Shown one piece after another: positions 8,181 to 17,393 of a stretch of DNA of 36,715 bases; the stretch's first letter is position 1, and the number at the start of each line of letters is the position of its first letter. The stretch covers positions 1 to 36,715 of IMG/VR virus record IMGVR_UViG_3300010376_000083; one strand, 5' to 3'. The notes under the pieces were generated by a model. The model was not told the origin of the DNA and made no database searches. It saw nothing but the letters and a program-made list of their open reading frames with translations. Position numbers and translations under genes: made by a program. This DNA comes from a virus. Lineage: Duplodnaviria > Caudoviricetes.

Positions 8181-11174
8181 TTAATTGACGATGTGGTAAT
8201 TCCAGCACGTCGTACCCGTCGTGCTCGGCAGCGTGAACGTAAAACTCGTTCCGGCTACAATCGCCGACGGGTAATACTGGCCCGCTGCCGGCGTCGTGCA
8301 GGTTGGCGACGATGGCAGATCGCCGACGTAAGTACGCGGCTGCACAAAGATGCGCGAGCCGGCCTGCACGGCCGTCGTGTTGACCGTGTACGTCGTCGTC
8401 GTTGTCGGCACGACGATCGCACCGGCTGCTGCAGATCCGCACGCGGCCGGCGAGGCCGAGTTTACCGCGCAGTTTGAGGCCGTCTGGACCGTGAGGAGCG
8501 TCGCACCCTTCGCGTTGCCGCCGATAGAACCTGCAGGCATCACGCCGGATGGAAAATCAAGGACGGTTAGATTCCTGCCGCCATTCGTGTCTTCGATTGC
8601 GTAGTCTGACGACGCGCAGCAGGGTAGACCGTGCTCCCAATATTGCGTGCCATTAAGAAAAAAGCGTTGCCAGTTCTGAAAACCGTTCTGCCAGATCTGC
8701 AGCGTGTTCGTATTCCCGCCGGCGTTATAGTTCCACGACCATGACCCATTAGAGGAGTTCGTCGCCGTCGAGGCAAATGCGTTAGCTGTCGAGCTATTAA
8801 CGATTTGAGTTATCCCTCCAGATGTGCCCACTTGGACCTGACACCCTGCCGGGAGCGTCGAGTTTACATTCGCTTGTACGCAGAAGAGAGCCGGCGCCGA
8901 GTGAGTTCCATTCCAGATAGACCACTGCTGCACGACGTCCACAAACTGATTATTAAACTGATCCTGATACCAGCGCGCGCCAGGGTAAAGTTGATTCGGA
9001 GTATTCACGCCCGCGAGAGACTGATATTGGTAGTTTCCGCCCCCGATGAAAAGCGACCCTGTCAGCGTGTACTGATTCGAGACCGGCTTCGCCATAGCCC
9101 CGAGAGTCGCATCGAGCCCCAGATATCGCCATAGCCTCGCAGCCCCCGAGGTTTGCTCCCCGATAGCCGAGTGCGGGGGAACGATGAACTGGCCGCGCTT
9201 GAGCATGCCTACATAAGTCTGCTGAAAGAAGTTATCAAAATAGATGTACTGGTTAGTCTGCGCGAGCTCGCGCTCGGCTTCATTGTGGACAGGCACGCAC
9301 GCGTCGTTGATATCGTACGATCCTGTAAACTCGAGATCGGCAAATGAATTCGCCGTCGTCCACTGCGATTGATAGAGCCCGAGCCAATAACTATAGCTCT
9401 GGAGATTGCTCGGGTTCGCCGTCGTCGCCTGAGTGCAAGCAGGATAGAGGCCGATGTTTTGCCCGTTGTCTTTCATCTCGAACATAATCAGCGTATTTAT
9501 ATCGCTCTGAAGCGCCCATCCGGCATCCGTGCCCGAGCTCGTCGTCGCTCCTGACACGGTAGCTTGAAAAGTCGTGCTCGTCGGCGATGCAACGGTGACG
9601 TACTGCTGATTAAAACCAATCGCCGTCGGGAATCCTGCCAGCGTGATTTTCTGGCCCGTATAGTAGTTATTCGCCGCCGTGAACGTGCAGAGAGTACTGA
9701 CGCAGCTCCATGCCGTGATCGGGACCGGTTGCCCGGCTGCCGATGCATACCAAGGCGCAGTGATAGCCGTCGGCGTCGATACGCTATCCGGCAGTGTGAG
9801 GCCGCCGCGGCCCGTGCCTCCGGCGACGATGACACCGTTATGACTCGTGTCATATATTCCAATGCCAAAGATATCAACAGCCCCGCCCGTCGCCGCGATC
9901 TTGATAGACCATGCCGGATCATAACTCTGGTTAATCTGGAGCACCCCACCAACCGAGCTCGCATTGCTGAGTGAGATACCGGATTGAACGCAACCCGAAG
10001 GACAGGGACCGGATGAGCTCGAAGTGATCGTTACGGTCATCGTGCCCGGCGTAGCGGCATAGATGCCGTCGAGATTTTCTTTGATGTAATAGACCTTGAG
10101 CGTATTGCCCGCCTGAGCTGCTCCTGCGCCCCCCATCGTTATCGATGCACCGGAGGCGATGTTATAAACCGATCCGGTTGGGGAGCGTGTGTAATCGTAG
10201 GGAGCACCGCTGCCCGCAGTGATTGACCCTGCTCCATTGTTGATCGTATAAGTGCCCGATGAGGCGATGACCGATTGAGTCATTACGCTGTAGTTGCACG
10301 GCTCGCCCTCGCCTAGCTGAACCCCGCCGAGGCCTGAGAAATCAAAGCCGGCGCCGCCGAGTTGCGCTGCCAACATACAAGCTACGGCCGTGTTATGAAA
10401 TCCCGTCGTCGAATCTCCGTTCAAAATCACGCGAATCTGTTGCGGAGTCACACCGGATGCAGATTGCATATTTCCGATGCCCATCAAAGTCGCGACCGGC
10501 GTGTAATAATTCTGCGGCTGAACGGCTGCAGCGATCGAAGTCTGATGACCGTTCCCGAGCGTCGCATCGCCGGTTTTGATGACGTGCGATGTATTCCCAT
10601 GTGTGACGTCTAGGCCTGCGCCTGGCACCAAACCGCCCCCGTTAAGTTGCGTCACGACGCCGGCCGTCATATTCGGAGTGTAGTCGTCGAAATTACACTG
10701 GCCGCCATTCGAGCCGACGCCGGCATTACACCACGCCCCCGTGCCCGTAACCGCGACGCCCGATCCGGCCGGCTGCACGCATGTATATCCCGTCGCGCCG
10801 ATCTCGGAGTTACCCGTCGAGTTATCCGTCACCGTAACATTGAAACAAACATTGAGCGGCGAAGTTAGCGCCGTGTCGGCGAGCTGAATCTGAAAGGCGC
10901 CGCTCGTGACTTGCGCCGTCGCTGGCCACTTGATCGCCTGGCCGTGACCGGACACCTTGTACGCGATCGCGTTGCCGTTGTTGTCGGTCGGCTGAAAGGA
11001 TATCGTCGCATTACTGAGCAGCGCGCCGCTCTGGTTTGCGGTTGCGGCCGAGCAGATCTCCATATAACCGGCCGGAGGCGTCGGACACCCCGACGGAATA
11101 GTGATCTGGCCGAGAGCAAAGCCGGCCGCGAAGACAAACAAACACACGAGAGCGAAGACGCGAGAGATGCGCAT
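8181..11174 (-). CDS. Large tail fibre/spike-like protein with signal peptide and SGNH/GDSL-like domain
   Basis: MRISRVFALVCLFVFAAGFALG signal peptide; RVILNGDST block I, GRGG block II, late PPH; beta-rich Gly/Ser/Thr composition with many Cys; located in the tail operon. Confidence 0.7.
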   Translation of the reverse strand: MRISRVFALVCLFVFAAGFALGQITIPSGCPTPPAGYMEICSAATANQSGALLSNATISFQPTDNNGNAIAYKVSGHGQAIKWPATAQVTSGAFQIQLADTALTSPLNVCFNVTVTDNSTGNSEIGATGYTCVQPAGSGVAVTGTGAWCNAGVGSNGGQCNFDDYTPNMTAGVVTQLNGGGLVPGAGLDVTHGNTSHVIKTGDATLGNGHQTSIAAAVQPQNYYTPVATLMGIGNMQSASGVTPQQIRVILNGDSTTGFHNTAVACMLAAQLGGAGFDFSGLGGVQLGEGEPCNYSVMTQSVIASSGTYTINNGAGSITAGSGAPYDYTRSPTGSVYNIASGASITMGGAGAAQAGNTLKVYYIKENLDGIYAATPGTMTVTITSSSSGPCPSGCVQSGISLSNASSVGGVLQINQSYDPAWSIKIAATGGAVDIFGIGIYDTSHNGVIVAGGTGRGGLTLPDSVSTPTAITAPWYASAAGQPVPITAWSCVSTLCTFTAANNYYTGQKITLAGFPTAIGFNQQYVTVASPTSTTFQATVSGATTSSGTDAGWALQSDINTLIMFEMKDNGQNIGLYPACTQATTANPSNLQSYSYWLGLYQSQWTTANSFADLEFTGSYDINDACVPVHNEAERELAQTNQYIYFDNFFQQTYVGMLKRGQFIVPPHSAIGEQTSGAARLWRYLGLDATLGAMAKPVSNQYTLTGSLFIGGGNYQYQSLAGVNTPNQLYPGARWYQDQFNNQFVDVVQQWSIWNGTHSAPALFCVQANVNSTLPAGCQVQVGTSGGITQIVNSSTANAFASTATNSSNGSWSWNYNAGGNTNTLQIWQNGFQNWQRFFLNGTQYWEHGLPCCASSDYAIEDTNGGRNLTVLDFPSGVMPAGSIGGNAKGATLLTVQTASNCAVNSASPAACGSAAAGAIVVPTTTTTYTVNTTAVQAGSRIFVQPRTYVGDLPSSPTCTTPAAGQYYPSAIVAGTSFTFTLPSTTGTTCWNYHIVN

Positions 11175-11213
11175 CGATTGACCCCTTTTTTGAAATTCGT
11201 AAAGTGAGAGAGT

Positions 11214-11771
11214 TTATCCGCCCCAACGCAGAGCGATATCGGCGAGCGTCTCGACCCAATGCAGGCCGATATCGTCGGAGTAGTAATACCGCTGATCGCT
11301 CGAGGTGTAACGTCGCATCGTCGCGCGCGCGTGGTCGGTCATCTTCGACTCGAGCGCGAGCGCGATCGTCAGTGAATCCGTCCCGATCGGCGTCGAGGGT
11401 TTGTCGACCGTGCCCGAAAAGAGCGGATACGGCGTGCCCACGATCGCGCCGTTTTGAAACACTCCAAACCAGATTGTCGCCGGCGCCCCGATCTGAATAT
11501 CAGAGAGACAATCGGTGAGCAAATTAGGATCGATGCCCGAGAGCGCGATCGTCGTGCCCTCGGCCCTGACCTCGATCCCCTCTTTGACGTCGCCAATCTC
11601 CCCGAGCGATCCAACGCCGAGGTATGTATTGCCATTCCACGAGAGCGTACCGACGCCGCTCCACACGTGCGCCGATCCGGTTTTTAGCGTGATATCAACG
11701 AGAGCGAGCAGCCCGATCGGCCCGTTGCTCGTGATCGCCGTAATCATCGGCGAGCCGAGATTGCGACTCAT
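11214..11771 (-). CDS. Minor tail protein (gpL-like position)
   Basis: WSGVGTLSWNGNTYLGVGSLG and RRYTSSDQ...DDIGL motifs typical of siphovirus minor tail/hub proteins. Confidence 0.75.
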   Translation of the reverse strand: MSRNLGSPMITAITSNGPIGLLALVDITLKTGSAHVWSGVGTLSWNGNTYLGVGSLGEIGDVKEGIEVRAEGTTIALSGIDPNLLTDCLSDIQIGAPATIWFGVFQNGAIVGTPYPLFSGTVDKPSTPIGTDSLTIALALESKMTDHARATMRRYTSSDQRYYYSDDIGLHWVETLADIALRWGG

Positions 11772-12412
11772 CGCGCCTCCACAAAGGAGAGCGAGAGCGT
11801 CGTGAGTCGATCTTTCGAGACTTGCAGCGAGCGCCGATTGGCCGCCAGGCGAAACAGGCCCACGGGTTGATTGAGGATGATCGGCGTCGCGCCGGCCGGC
11901 GTCTCGCGGATCGACGGCCAGATGCTTACGCTCGCCGTGCCATCCGAGGCACTGTTAGCGACCTCGGTCACGACATACAGGCGATATCCGACCTGCAGGT
12001 AATCGCCTGGCAAGAGGATGCGCGCGATATTCGGCGTCCATCCGAACGTCGAGAGCACTTTCGTCATTGGCGCGTTTAGGCCCGAGCCGGCGTTGATCTC
12101 CGGAATGCCGAGCGCGGCGCCGGCCGGCTGCTTTTGACTCCGATCGCCGAGTTGCACGACGTAGGCGCGCCCTGAGAGCTCCGCGGTCGCGCCGCGCCAG
12201 GCCGCGGCCTGCGCGCTCGAGAGCGGAGGCAGAGTTATCGTCGCATCCCAAAAGTCGCCGCCCGGCCAGTATTGCGTTTGCTCGGCTCGCGTAAATGGCG
12301 ACGTTTGCACGGCGACGGCGTCATTCATGCCGAGTCCGAGATCCGACGGCGCCGGCGAGCTCGGCAGCGTCACGAGATTGTAGGTATTACTTCCGATCGT
12401 GATCGTCTGCAT
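11768..12412 (-). CDS. Distal/minor tail protein
   Basis: Directly after tape measure; SPFT...Q...W, LLPGDYLQVG...LYVV and IWPSIR motifs. Confidence 0.75.
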   Translation of the reverse strand: MQTITIGSNTYNLVTLPSSPAPSDLGLGMNDAVAVQTSPFTRAEQTQYWPGGDFWDATITLPPLSSAQAAAWRGATAELSGRAYVVQLGDRSQKQPAGAALGIPEINAGSGLNAPMTKVLSTFGWTPNIARILLPGDYLQVGYRLYVVTEVANSASDGTASVSIWPSIRETPAGATPIILNQPVGLFRLAANRRSLQVSKDRLTTLSLSFVEAR

Positions 12413-14734
12413 CTATCGGCCCCTTAAACGCGACGGCGTCCGTTTGCGATCGTCGGCGACAGCGCCGCGCGCGAGCTGCGCCATTGCCGGAATATATGCG
12501 CGCATCGATCGGTGTACGGCCGCCTCGACGGCCGCGGGATCTCCGGCGCCGCGCGCGTCGACGTGAATAGTCGCCCCGCTCGAGCCGATGGAGTGATTCG
12601 GAACAATCCGGCCGCTCGTCGTTGGTTGAAAGATCTCCGGCCCATTCTCGCCGACGAGGATCGGCATGTTTGTCGATACCGGACCACCGTCGGCGTAGCC
12701 TGGCAAAAACGACATCGCAGCGCCGAGAACCCCGCCGATGACCCCGCCGGCGCCTGAGCCGATCGCGCCGCCCGCGCCGCCCCCGGCTGCGCCTGGCCCG
12801 AACGCGTCAATAATCGCGTGCATCGGGTTGCCGATCGTGCCGAGTTTGGCGAGCGGATTTTTGCCGAGCACTAATTTCAAGAGCTGCCCCTCGAGCTCCT
12901 GCAGCCCGTATTTCGCGATATCGCCAAAAATGCCGGCGCCGAGCTGCTTAAAGGGGTGTTGCCCTTGCAGCGATCCGCTCCTGGCCGTAAGGATGTGCAC
13001 CAACGTATCGTTGAAACTCTTGAGCGACGTTACGAGCAGATCCGAGACGATCGCGGCCGTATCCGTGAACTCGCTCGCCAGATGCTGCGCGGAATCCTTG
13101 AGCGCCGAGAGCGTGCGCGCCGTCTCGAGCGCGCGCTGATCGGCTTGCGCCTGAATACTAATGCGCGTCATCGTGCCGGCTGCGCCAGGCGTCGACACAT
13201 CCGGAAACGCATTACGAAAAGATTGATTCGACTGCTGCCAGGCCGCGGCGCCCTGCGCGTGCAGCGCGGCGATCGCCTGCGCGCCCTCGAGGCGCGAGAG
13301 CCCGCCCGAGGCCATCTGCGCCCGAATGTGATCCTCGGCGACGCGCTCGGCGTCGAGTCGCTCTTGCTCCCCCTTTTTGAAAGCCTCGATCGCGGCCTGC
13401 TGTGCCTTCTGATCCCCCTCGTCGAGCTTGCGCTGATTCGTGACCATCGTCTCGTACAAGGCGTCGGAGATGTGCTCCTGCATTGCCTCGTTATCTCTCG
13501 CCCCTGCGATAATCCGCGCGCTTTTCTCTGCCGCGTCCTGCTGCATTTGCTCGCCGAGCTTCAGATTCGCGCGCTTTGTGGCCTCCGTGCGCAAGAGGCC
13601 GCCTTTGGCATCCGTGGCCGCGATAGCTTGCCAGAAATCGGCCTCGGCTTTCGCCGTCATCGTCGTACGCGCATGGATCGCAGCGAGCAGCTCTTGCGAG
13701 CTCTCGATCTGCTTTTGCACGGCCGCCTTAGCCGCTTCCTCGGCATCGTGCTGCCCCTGCAAAACGTCGCTACGCCGCGCAAGATCCTGATGCGTCATCG
13801 AAAGGCCGACGATATCCGACTCGCGCGCCAGGCCGCCCCCATATTGCGCGAGCAGCGCGATTCTCCGCTGATTGAGAGCGCCCCCGCCGGCCGCCGACGT
13901 CTGCTCGGCCGTCGCCGTCGCGAGCTCACGATTCGCCCATCCAACTTCCGCGTCAAGCGCCGCTTTCCGCTTTGAGTCGATCGCGCGCTGCGCCTGCGCG
14001 AGCTGCTCGGCCGTCGCGCCCGACTTGCGCAGTTGTTCGAGCCGGTTGTGCCCCTCGAGATCGAGACTCTCGAGAAACTCCTGCATACCCTGCGCGCGCT
14101 TAGTAATGTCGCCGGTACCGGCAACACCCATAAATTGCGCAAACCACCCAGGTTCCTGCCCTTTTAGCGTTGTGGCAATCTTGCCGAGATCCTCGTCGAG
14201 CTTGTCGCCGAGCTTGCCGGCCGACACGATCGCCTCGTCGATCGCCTCTTTCAGTTTGTTTTCCGGCTTGTGCTCGAGCTTCGCGATCGCGTTTTCGAGT
14301 TTGTCGTTGGCGAGGCGCAGATCGTCGGCCGTCGCGCGTAACGGCTGCTGCACACTGCGCCAGGCCTCGGCGTTTTTACGCGCGGCCTCTTGCGACTTCT
14401 GCGCAAACTCGACGAGCCTCGACGTCGCCTCGGCGATCGCGTTAATGATCGCGAAAACGGCGATCGCGTTAAACGCCGCGCTCATGGCCCGCGAGACGCC
14501 CGGCAGCTCGGCGACAAAATTGCGCACGTGCCGCGGCAGACGAATGCCGAGCTCCTCGCCAAGCACGGCCGCGGCGCCCTTCGACTCGGCGAGCTCTTTG
14601 CGGGTCACCCGGCCGGCGTCGACGCTCGCGCCTTTCAGCTTGTTGAGTTGCTGCTGCGCCTTGTCGAGCGCCTGCGACCACGACGCCGTATCGGCTGCAA
14701 AAATTACTTTTACTTCGCCGGCCGCCTCTGCCAT
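12413..14734 (-). CDS. Tail tape measure protein
   Basis: Long Ala/Gln-rich helical protein; C-terminal YADGGPV...LVGENGPEIFQP...GRIVPN motif; ATG at 14734. Confidence 0.9.
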   Translation of the reverse strand: MAEAAGEVKVIFAADTASWSQALDKAQQQLNKLKGASVDAGRVTRKELAESKGAAAVLGEELGIRLPRHVRNFVAELPGVSRAMSAAFNAIAVFAIINAIAEATSRLVEFAQKSQEAARKNAEAWRSVQQPLRATADDLRLANDKLENAIAKLEHKPENKLKEAIDEAIVSAGKLGDKLDEDLGKIATTLKGQEPGWFAQFMGVAGTGDITKRAQGMQEFLESLDLEGHNRLEQLRKSGATAEQLAQAQRAIDSKRKAALDAEVGWANRELATATAEQTSAAGGGALNQRRIALLAQYGGGLARESDIVGLSMTHQDLARRSDVLQGQHDAEEAAKAAVQKQIESSQELLAAIHARTTMTAKAEADFWQAIAATDAKGGLLRTEATKRANLKLGEQMQQDAAEKSARIIAGARDNEAMQEHISDALYETMVTNQRKLDEGDQKAQQAAIEAFKKGEQERLDAERVAEDHIRAQMASGGLSRLEGAQAIAALHAQGAAAWQQSNQSFRNAFPDVSTPGAAGTMTRISIQAQADQRALETARTLSALKDSAQHLASEFTDTAAIVSDLLVTSLKSFNDTLVHILTARSGSLQGQHPFKQLGAGIFGDIAKYGLQELEGQLLKLVLGKNPLAKLGTIGNPMHAIIDAFGPGAAGGGAGGAIGSGAGGVIGGVLGAAMSFLPGYADGGPVSTNMPILVGENGPEIFQPTTSGRIVPNHSIGSSGATIHVDARGAGDPAAVEAAVHRSMRAYIPAMAQLARGAVADDRKRTPSRLRGR

Positions 14735-14744
14735 TTGTGCCCCC

Positions 14745-14775
14745 AAATAAAAAGGCTCGCGCCGCGCGCGAGCCT
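14745..14775 (-). terminator. Intrinsic terminator after the moron-like gene
   Basis: Minus strand AGGCTCGCG-loop-CGCGAGCCT followed by TTTTATTT. Confidence 0.8.
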
Positions 14776-14798
14776 GATCTGATCCTAATAAAACCCCT

Positions 14799-14999
14799 TT
14801 AATGCGTCGTCAGGAACCAAAATACCCCGACAACTACGGCCGTCAGCAAGTTACCTAAAAAGACGCCGATCGCAATCCGGCCGGCCGTGATCTGCTGCTG
14901 TTTCGCGATCGCCGGCGCCGGCGTATCAATTGAGTGCTGCTGCTGCTGCTCCTGCTTTTTCGCCCCCCATTCGGGATGAGCATTTACAACAGTGTCCAT
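14799..14999 (-). CDS. Small membrane protein (moron-like)
   Basis: AGAGG RBS; C-terminal hydrophobic IAIGVFLGNLLTAVVVGVFWFL; has its own terminator. Confidence 0.7.
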   Translation of the reverse strand: MDTVVNAHPEWGAKKQEQQQQHSIDTPAPAIAKQQQITAGRIAIGVFLGNLLTAVVVGVFWFLTTH

Positions 15000-15045
15000 C
15001 GTCGAGCCTCTTTCGCGCCGGCTTGCCGGCAAGGCCCGCAGTATA

Positions 15046-15561
15046 TCATTTGCCGGCCGTCACCCTGGCGAGCTCTTTGCGCACCGCGGCGATCGCGGCC
15101 GTTACCGCCGTACCGCGCGAGGCCTCATAGCCTGGCCGTATAAATGGGTGCGCCGGCACGTCGCCCGTCGCCGTGTCGAGTTTGATGCGACGACCTGGCC
15201 CGCGGCCGAGGCCATTTCTCACGAGCCGGTTATATCCGCCCTTAATCATCCTGTGACCGTATTCGACCCACATCGCAACGTGGCGCGTATACTTGCCCGG
15301 CGCGACGATCGCCGCCGGCAGGCCTTGCAGATCGCGGCCGAAATGCACCACGATATCGCGCGCCAGGGCGCCCGGAGGCAGAGCGTCACCGCTCGGCAGA
15401 TCTGGCCGCTCGGGCGCCCGCTCCGTGATCGCCTCTTGCAGCACCCGGCCGCCGGCCATACAGCCGGCCCTGACGATCCGCTGCGCGTCTTTGGTCGCGA
15501 GGCCCTTCAGCTTTTGCTCGATCTCGGCCAGGCCCTCGAATTTTGCCTCAAATCCTTCCAT
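15046..15561 (-). CDS. HK97 gp10-family tail component
   Basis: GLAEIEQKL, WVEYGH and PAHPFIRPGYE motifs. Confidence 0.85.
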   Translation of the reverse strand: MEGFEAKFEGLAEIEQKLKGLATKDAQRIVRAGCMAGGRVLQEAITERAPERPDLPSGDALPPGALARDIVVHFGRDLQGLPAAIVAPGKYTRHVAMWVEYGHRMIKGGYNRLVRNGLGRGPGRRIKLDTATGDVPAHPFIRPGYEASRGTAVTAAIAAVRKELARVTAGK

Positions 15562-15564
15562 CCT

Positions 15565-15948
15565 TCACCTCAAGCAAAGGCCGACCATGCCGACGCGGAT
15601 CTGCTCGGCGATCTGCCGGCGCCGCTTTGCCGTTAGCTTCTGAGGCCTCGAGCTCTCACCCTGGCCCCTGAGATCCTCGGCCGGCAGGAGATCTCGCGCC
15701 CCGATCCATCGTTTCGGCGCGCGTTGCGAGAAATTGATGATATCCGCGCGCAGGATAGCCAATAGAGCGCGCTGCTCGCGCGCCTTGCCCTCGCGATCGC
15801 GGCGCCAGGCCTCGGCCAGCGTCGCGAAGAGTCGCGGCGTCAGGGCGAAGAACTGAGCCTTAGAGAGCCCGAGCTGCACGTAAGCGAATGCCCAATAATC
15901 GGCCCACGAGAGCGGCGCGATTACTCGCCGGCCGGTTGAGGGTTTTTT
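15565..15948 (-). CDS. Tail assembly chaperone, -1 frameshift extension (gpT-like)
   Basis: The -1 frame is open from the slippery site through WADYWAFAYVQLGLSKAQFFALTPR to the stop at 15565. Confidence 0.8.
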   Translation of the reverse strand, partial: KKPSTGRRVIAPLSWADYWAFAYVQLGLSKAQFFALTPRLFATLAEAWRRDREGKAREQRALLAILRADIINFSQRAPKRWIGARDLLPAEDLRGQGESSRPQKLTAKRRRQIAEQIRVGMVGLCLR

Positions 15949-16319
15949 TGCTCCTCAGCCTCAGGCACGGCCGCGGCCCAGGCCGCCTTGACGGCGACCG
16001 CAACCTCGAAGAGATCCGGCAGCTCGAGCAGGCGCGTCGCCTCGTCGAAAGTGAGCTCGGGATGAAAGGTGCGTACCGCCGCGGCAAAGATCAGGCGCGT
16101 ACTCGAGAGATTGCCCGCCGGCAGCGCATAGAGCAGGTTAACGAAGTCGCGCCGGCCGGCCGCGGCGAGCTCGGCATTGATGGCCGTTTCAGCCTCGGAG
16201 AGCGCGCCGAGATCGAAACATAGATCGTAAGTTTTGCCGCCGACCGTGACAGGGGTTTTCGGCAGCGTCGCATCGGCACGTGTGCCGGCGATCGCGCGCG
16301 TCGCTTTGTTGCTTGTCAT
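15921..16319 (-). CDS. Tail assembly chaperone (gpG-like)
   Basis: Follows the tail tube gene; VTVGGKTYDLCFDLGAL; ends QKNP at the slippery site. Confidence 0.85.
   Translation of the reverse strand: MTSNKATRAIAGTRADATLPKTPVTVGGKTYDLCFDLGALSEAETAINAELAAAGRRDFVNLLYALPAGNLSSTRLIFAAAVRTFHPELTFDEATRLLELPDLFEVAVAVKAAWAAAVPEAEEQKNPQPAGE
15942..15948 (-). other. Programmed -1 ribosomal frameshift site A AAA AAC
   Basis: Minus strand CAA AAA AAC CCT near the 3' end of the gpG-like gene; canonical X XXY YYZ heptamer. Confidence 0.85.
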
Positions 16320-16340
16320 AAAGAAAGCCTCACTTTGGAG

Positions 16341-16369
16341 AAAAGATCGGCGCCCGTCGCCAGGCGCCG
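16341..16369 (-). terminator. Possible terminator after the tail tube gene
   Basis: Minus strand CGGCGCC-loop-GGCGCCG followed by ATCTTTT. Confidence 0.55.
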
Positions 16370-16400
16370 CGAAACGATTCGGAGGAATGAGCGCCGGCGT

Positions 16401-16841
16401 TTACGATCCTACGGTGAGCGTGATCGGCCCGGTCGGCTGCAGCGTGATATTAAATTCGATTTGCTTGGTAGGAGTCACGTCAAACGTCGAGGCCTTCACG
16501 AACGCGTTGCCGACATACTTGTCGCCGGCCGTAACCTGCGAGCCCGTCTTCGGCAGTTGCAGGGTAAATGCAACCTCGGCGCCCGATTGATAATTGGTCT
16601 CGACGAGCACCTGGCCGGCATCGCTCGAGACGCGATTGCCTTTAAGGTTGATGGTCGTGGCCTTGCGGATCGTCGACAGCAGTTCCTGATCCGATCCCGA
16701 GTCGAGGTTGGTAACGTCCGCGAAATCCCACTCGGGACGGTTGAACTGCACGTCGCTGCACTCGCCGACTTCGGTCGGCGTCGCACCGATAAGAAACTGC
16801 GAGCCGCGGCCCGCTTGCGATTTTGAGCCTGTATAGGGCAT
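16401..16841 (-). CDS. Major tail tube protein
   Basis: DVTNLDS motif, 146 aa, GGAGG RBS, located between tail terminator and chaperones. Confidence 0.85.
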   Translation of the reverse strand: MPYTGSKSQAGRGSQFLIGATPTEVGECSDVQFNRPEWDFADVTNLDSGSDQELLSTIRKATTINLKGNRVSSDAGQVLVETNYQSGAEVAFTLQLPKTGSQVTAGDKYVGNAFVKASTFDVTPTKQIEFNITLQPTGPITLTVGS

Positions 16842-16870
16842 TTCTCATTCCTCCCAAATATTTGTGGGTT

Positions 16871-17323
16871 TTAGTCGGAAACGACGAGGACAGCCGCCGG
16901 CCCGAGTTGCACCGTGTAGAGAACGCGAAACTCACAGAGGCAGCGAAAAACGCGCTGCACACTACAAAAATCGGTCCCAGGATTGAGCAGAGTTACTTCG
17001 AGAATTTGCGTCGTCGGCGCGCCGATCTGCAGGCCTGCTCCGAGCGTCGCCGTCCATCCGTCGACGGCCGCGATGAGCGCCTCGCGGATCGTGTTAGCTT
17101 CGCGATAGGAGTTGAGCGAGAAACCATTGAGCTCGAGGCGTGCTTCGCGCACGACGACGCCGTCGAGCGTCGTCTCGGCCGTGCCGCCGATCAGCGAGTA
17201 AGAGCAGCAGGGATACTGCGCTGCATCATCCGGCGCGAGCACCCCATAAATACGCGAGCCGACGAGACCCAATATGCTAGCGTCGGCCGCGAGTAGAGCC
17301 GCGAGCCCCTCTTGCAAGAGCAT
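16871..17323 (-). CDS. Tail terminator/tail completion protein (DUF3168-like)
   Basis: ALLAADASILGLVGSRIY...YP motif; upstream of the tube gene. Confidence 0.8.
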   Translation of the reverse strand: MLLQEGLAALLAADASILGLVGSRIYGVLAPDDAAQYPCCSYSLIGGTAETTLDGVVVREARLELNGFSLNSYREANTIREALIAAVDGWTATLGAGLQIGAPTTQILEVTLLNPGTDFCSVQRVFRCLCEFRVLYTVQLGPAAVLVVSD

Positions 17324-17335
17324 TGTTTTTACTCC

Positions 17336-17366
17336 AAAAAGAAAAGGCCGCCAAATTCGCGGCCTT
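17336..17366 (-). terminator. Intrinsic terminator
   Basis: Minus strand AAGGCCGC-GAATTTG-GCGGCCTT followed by TTCTTTTT. Confidence 0.75.
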
Positions 17367-17393
17367 CGATTTAAAAAAAAACGAGCCCTGAGA

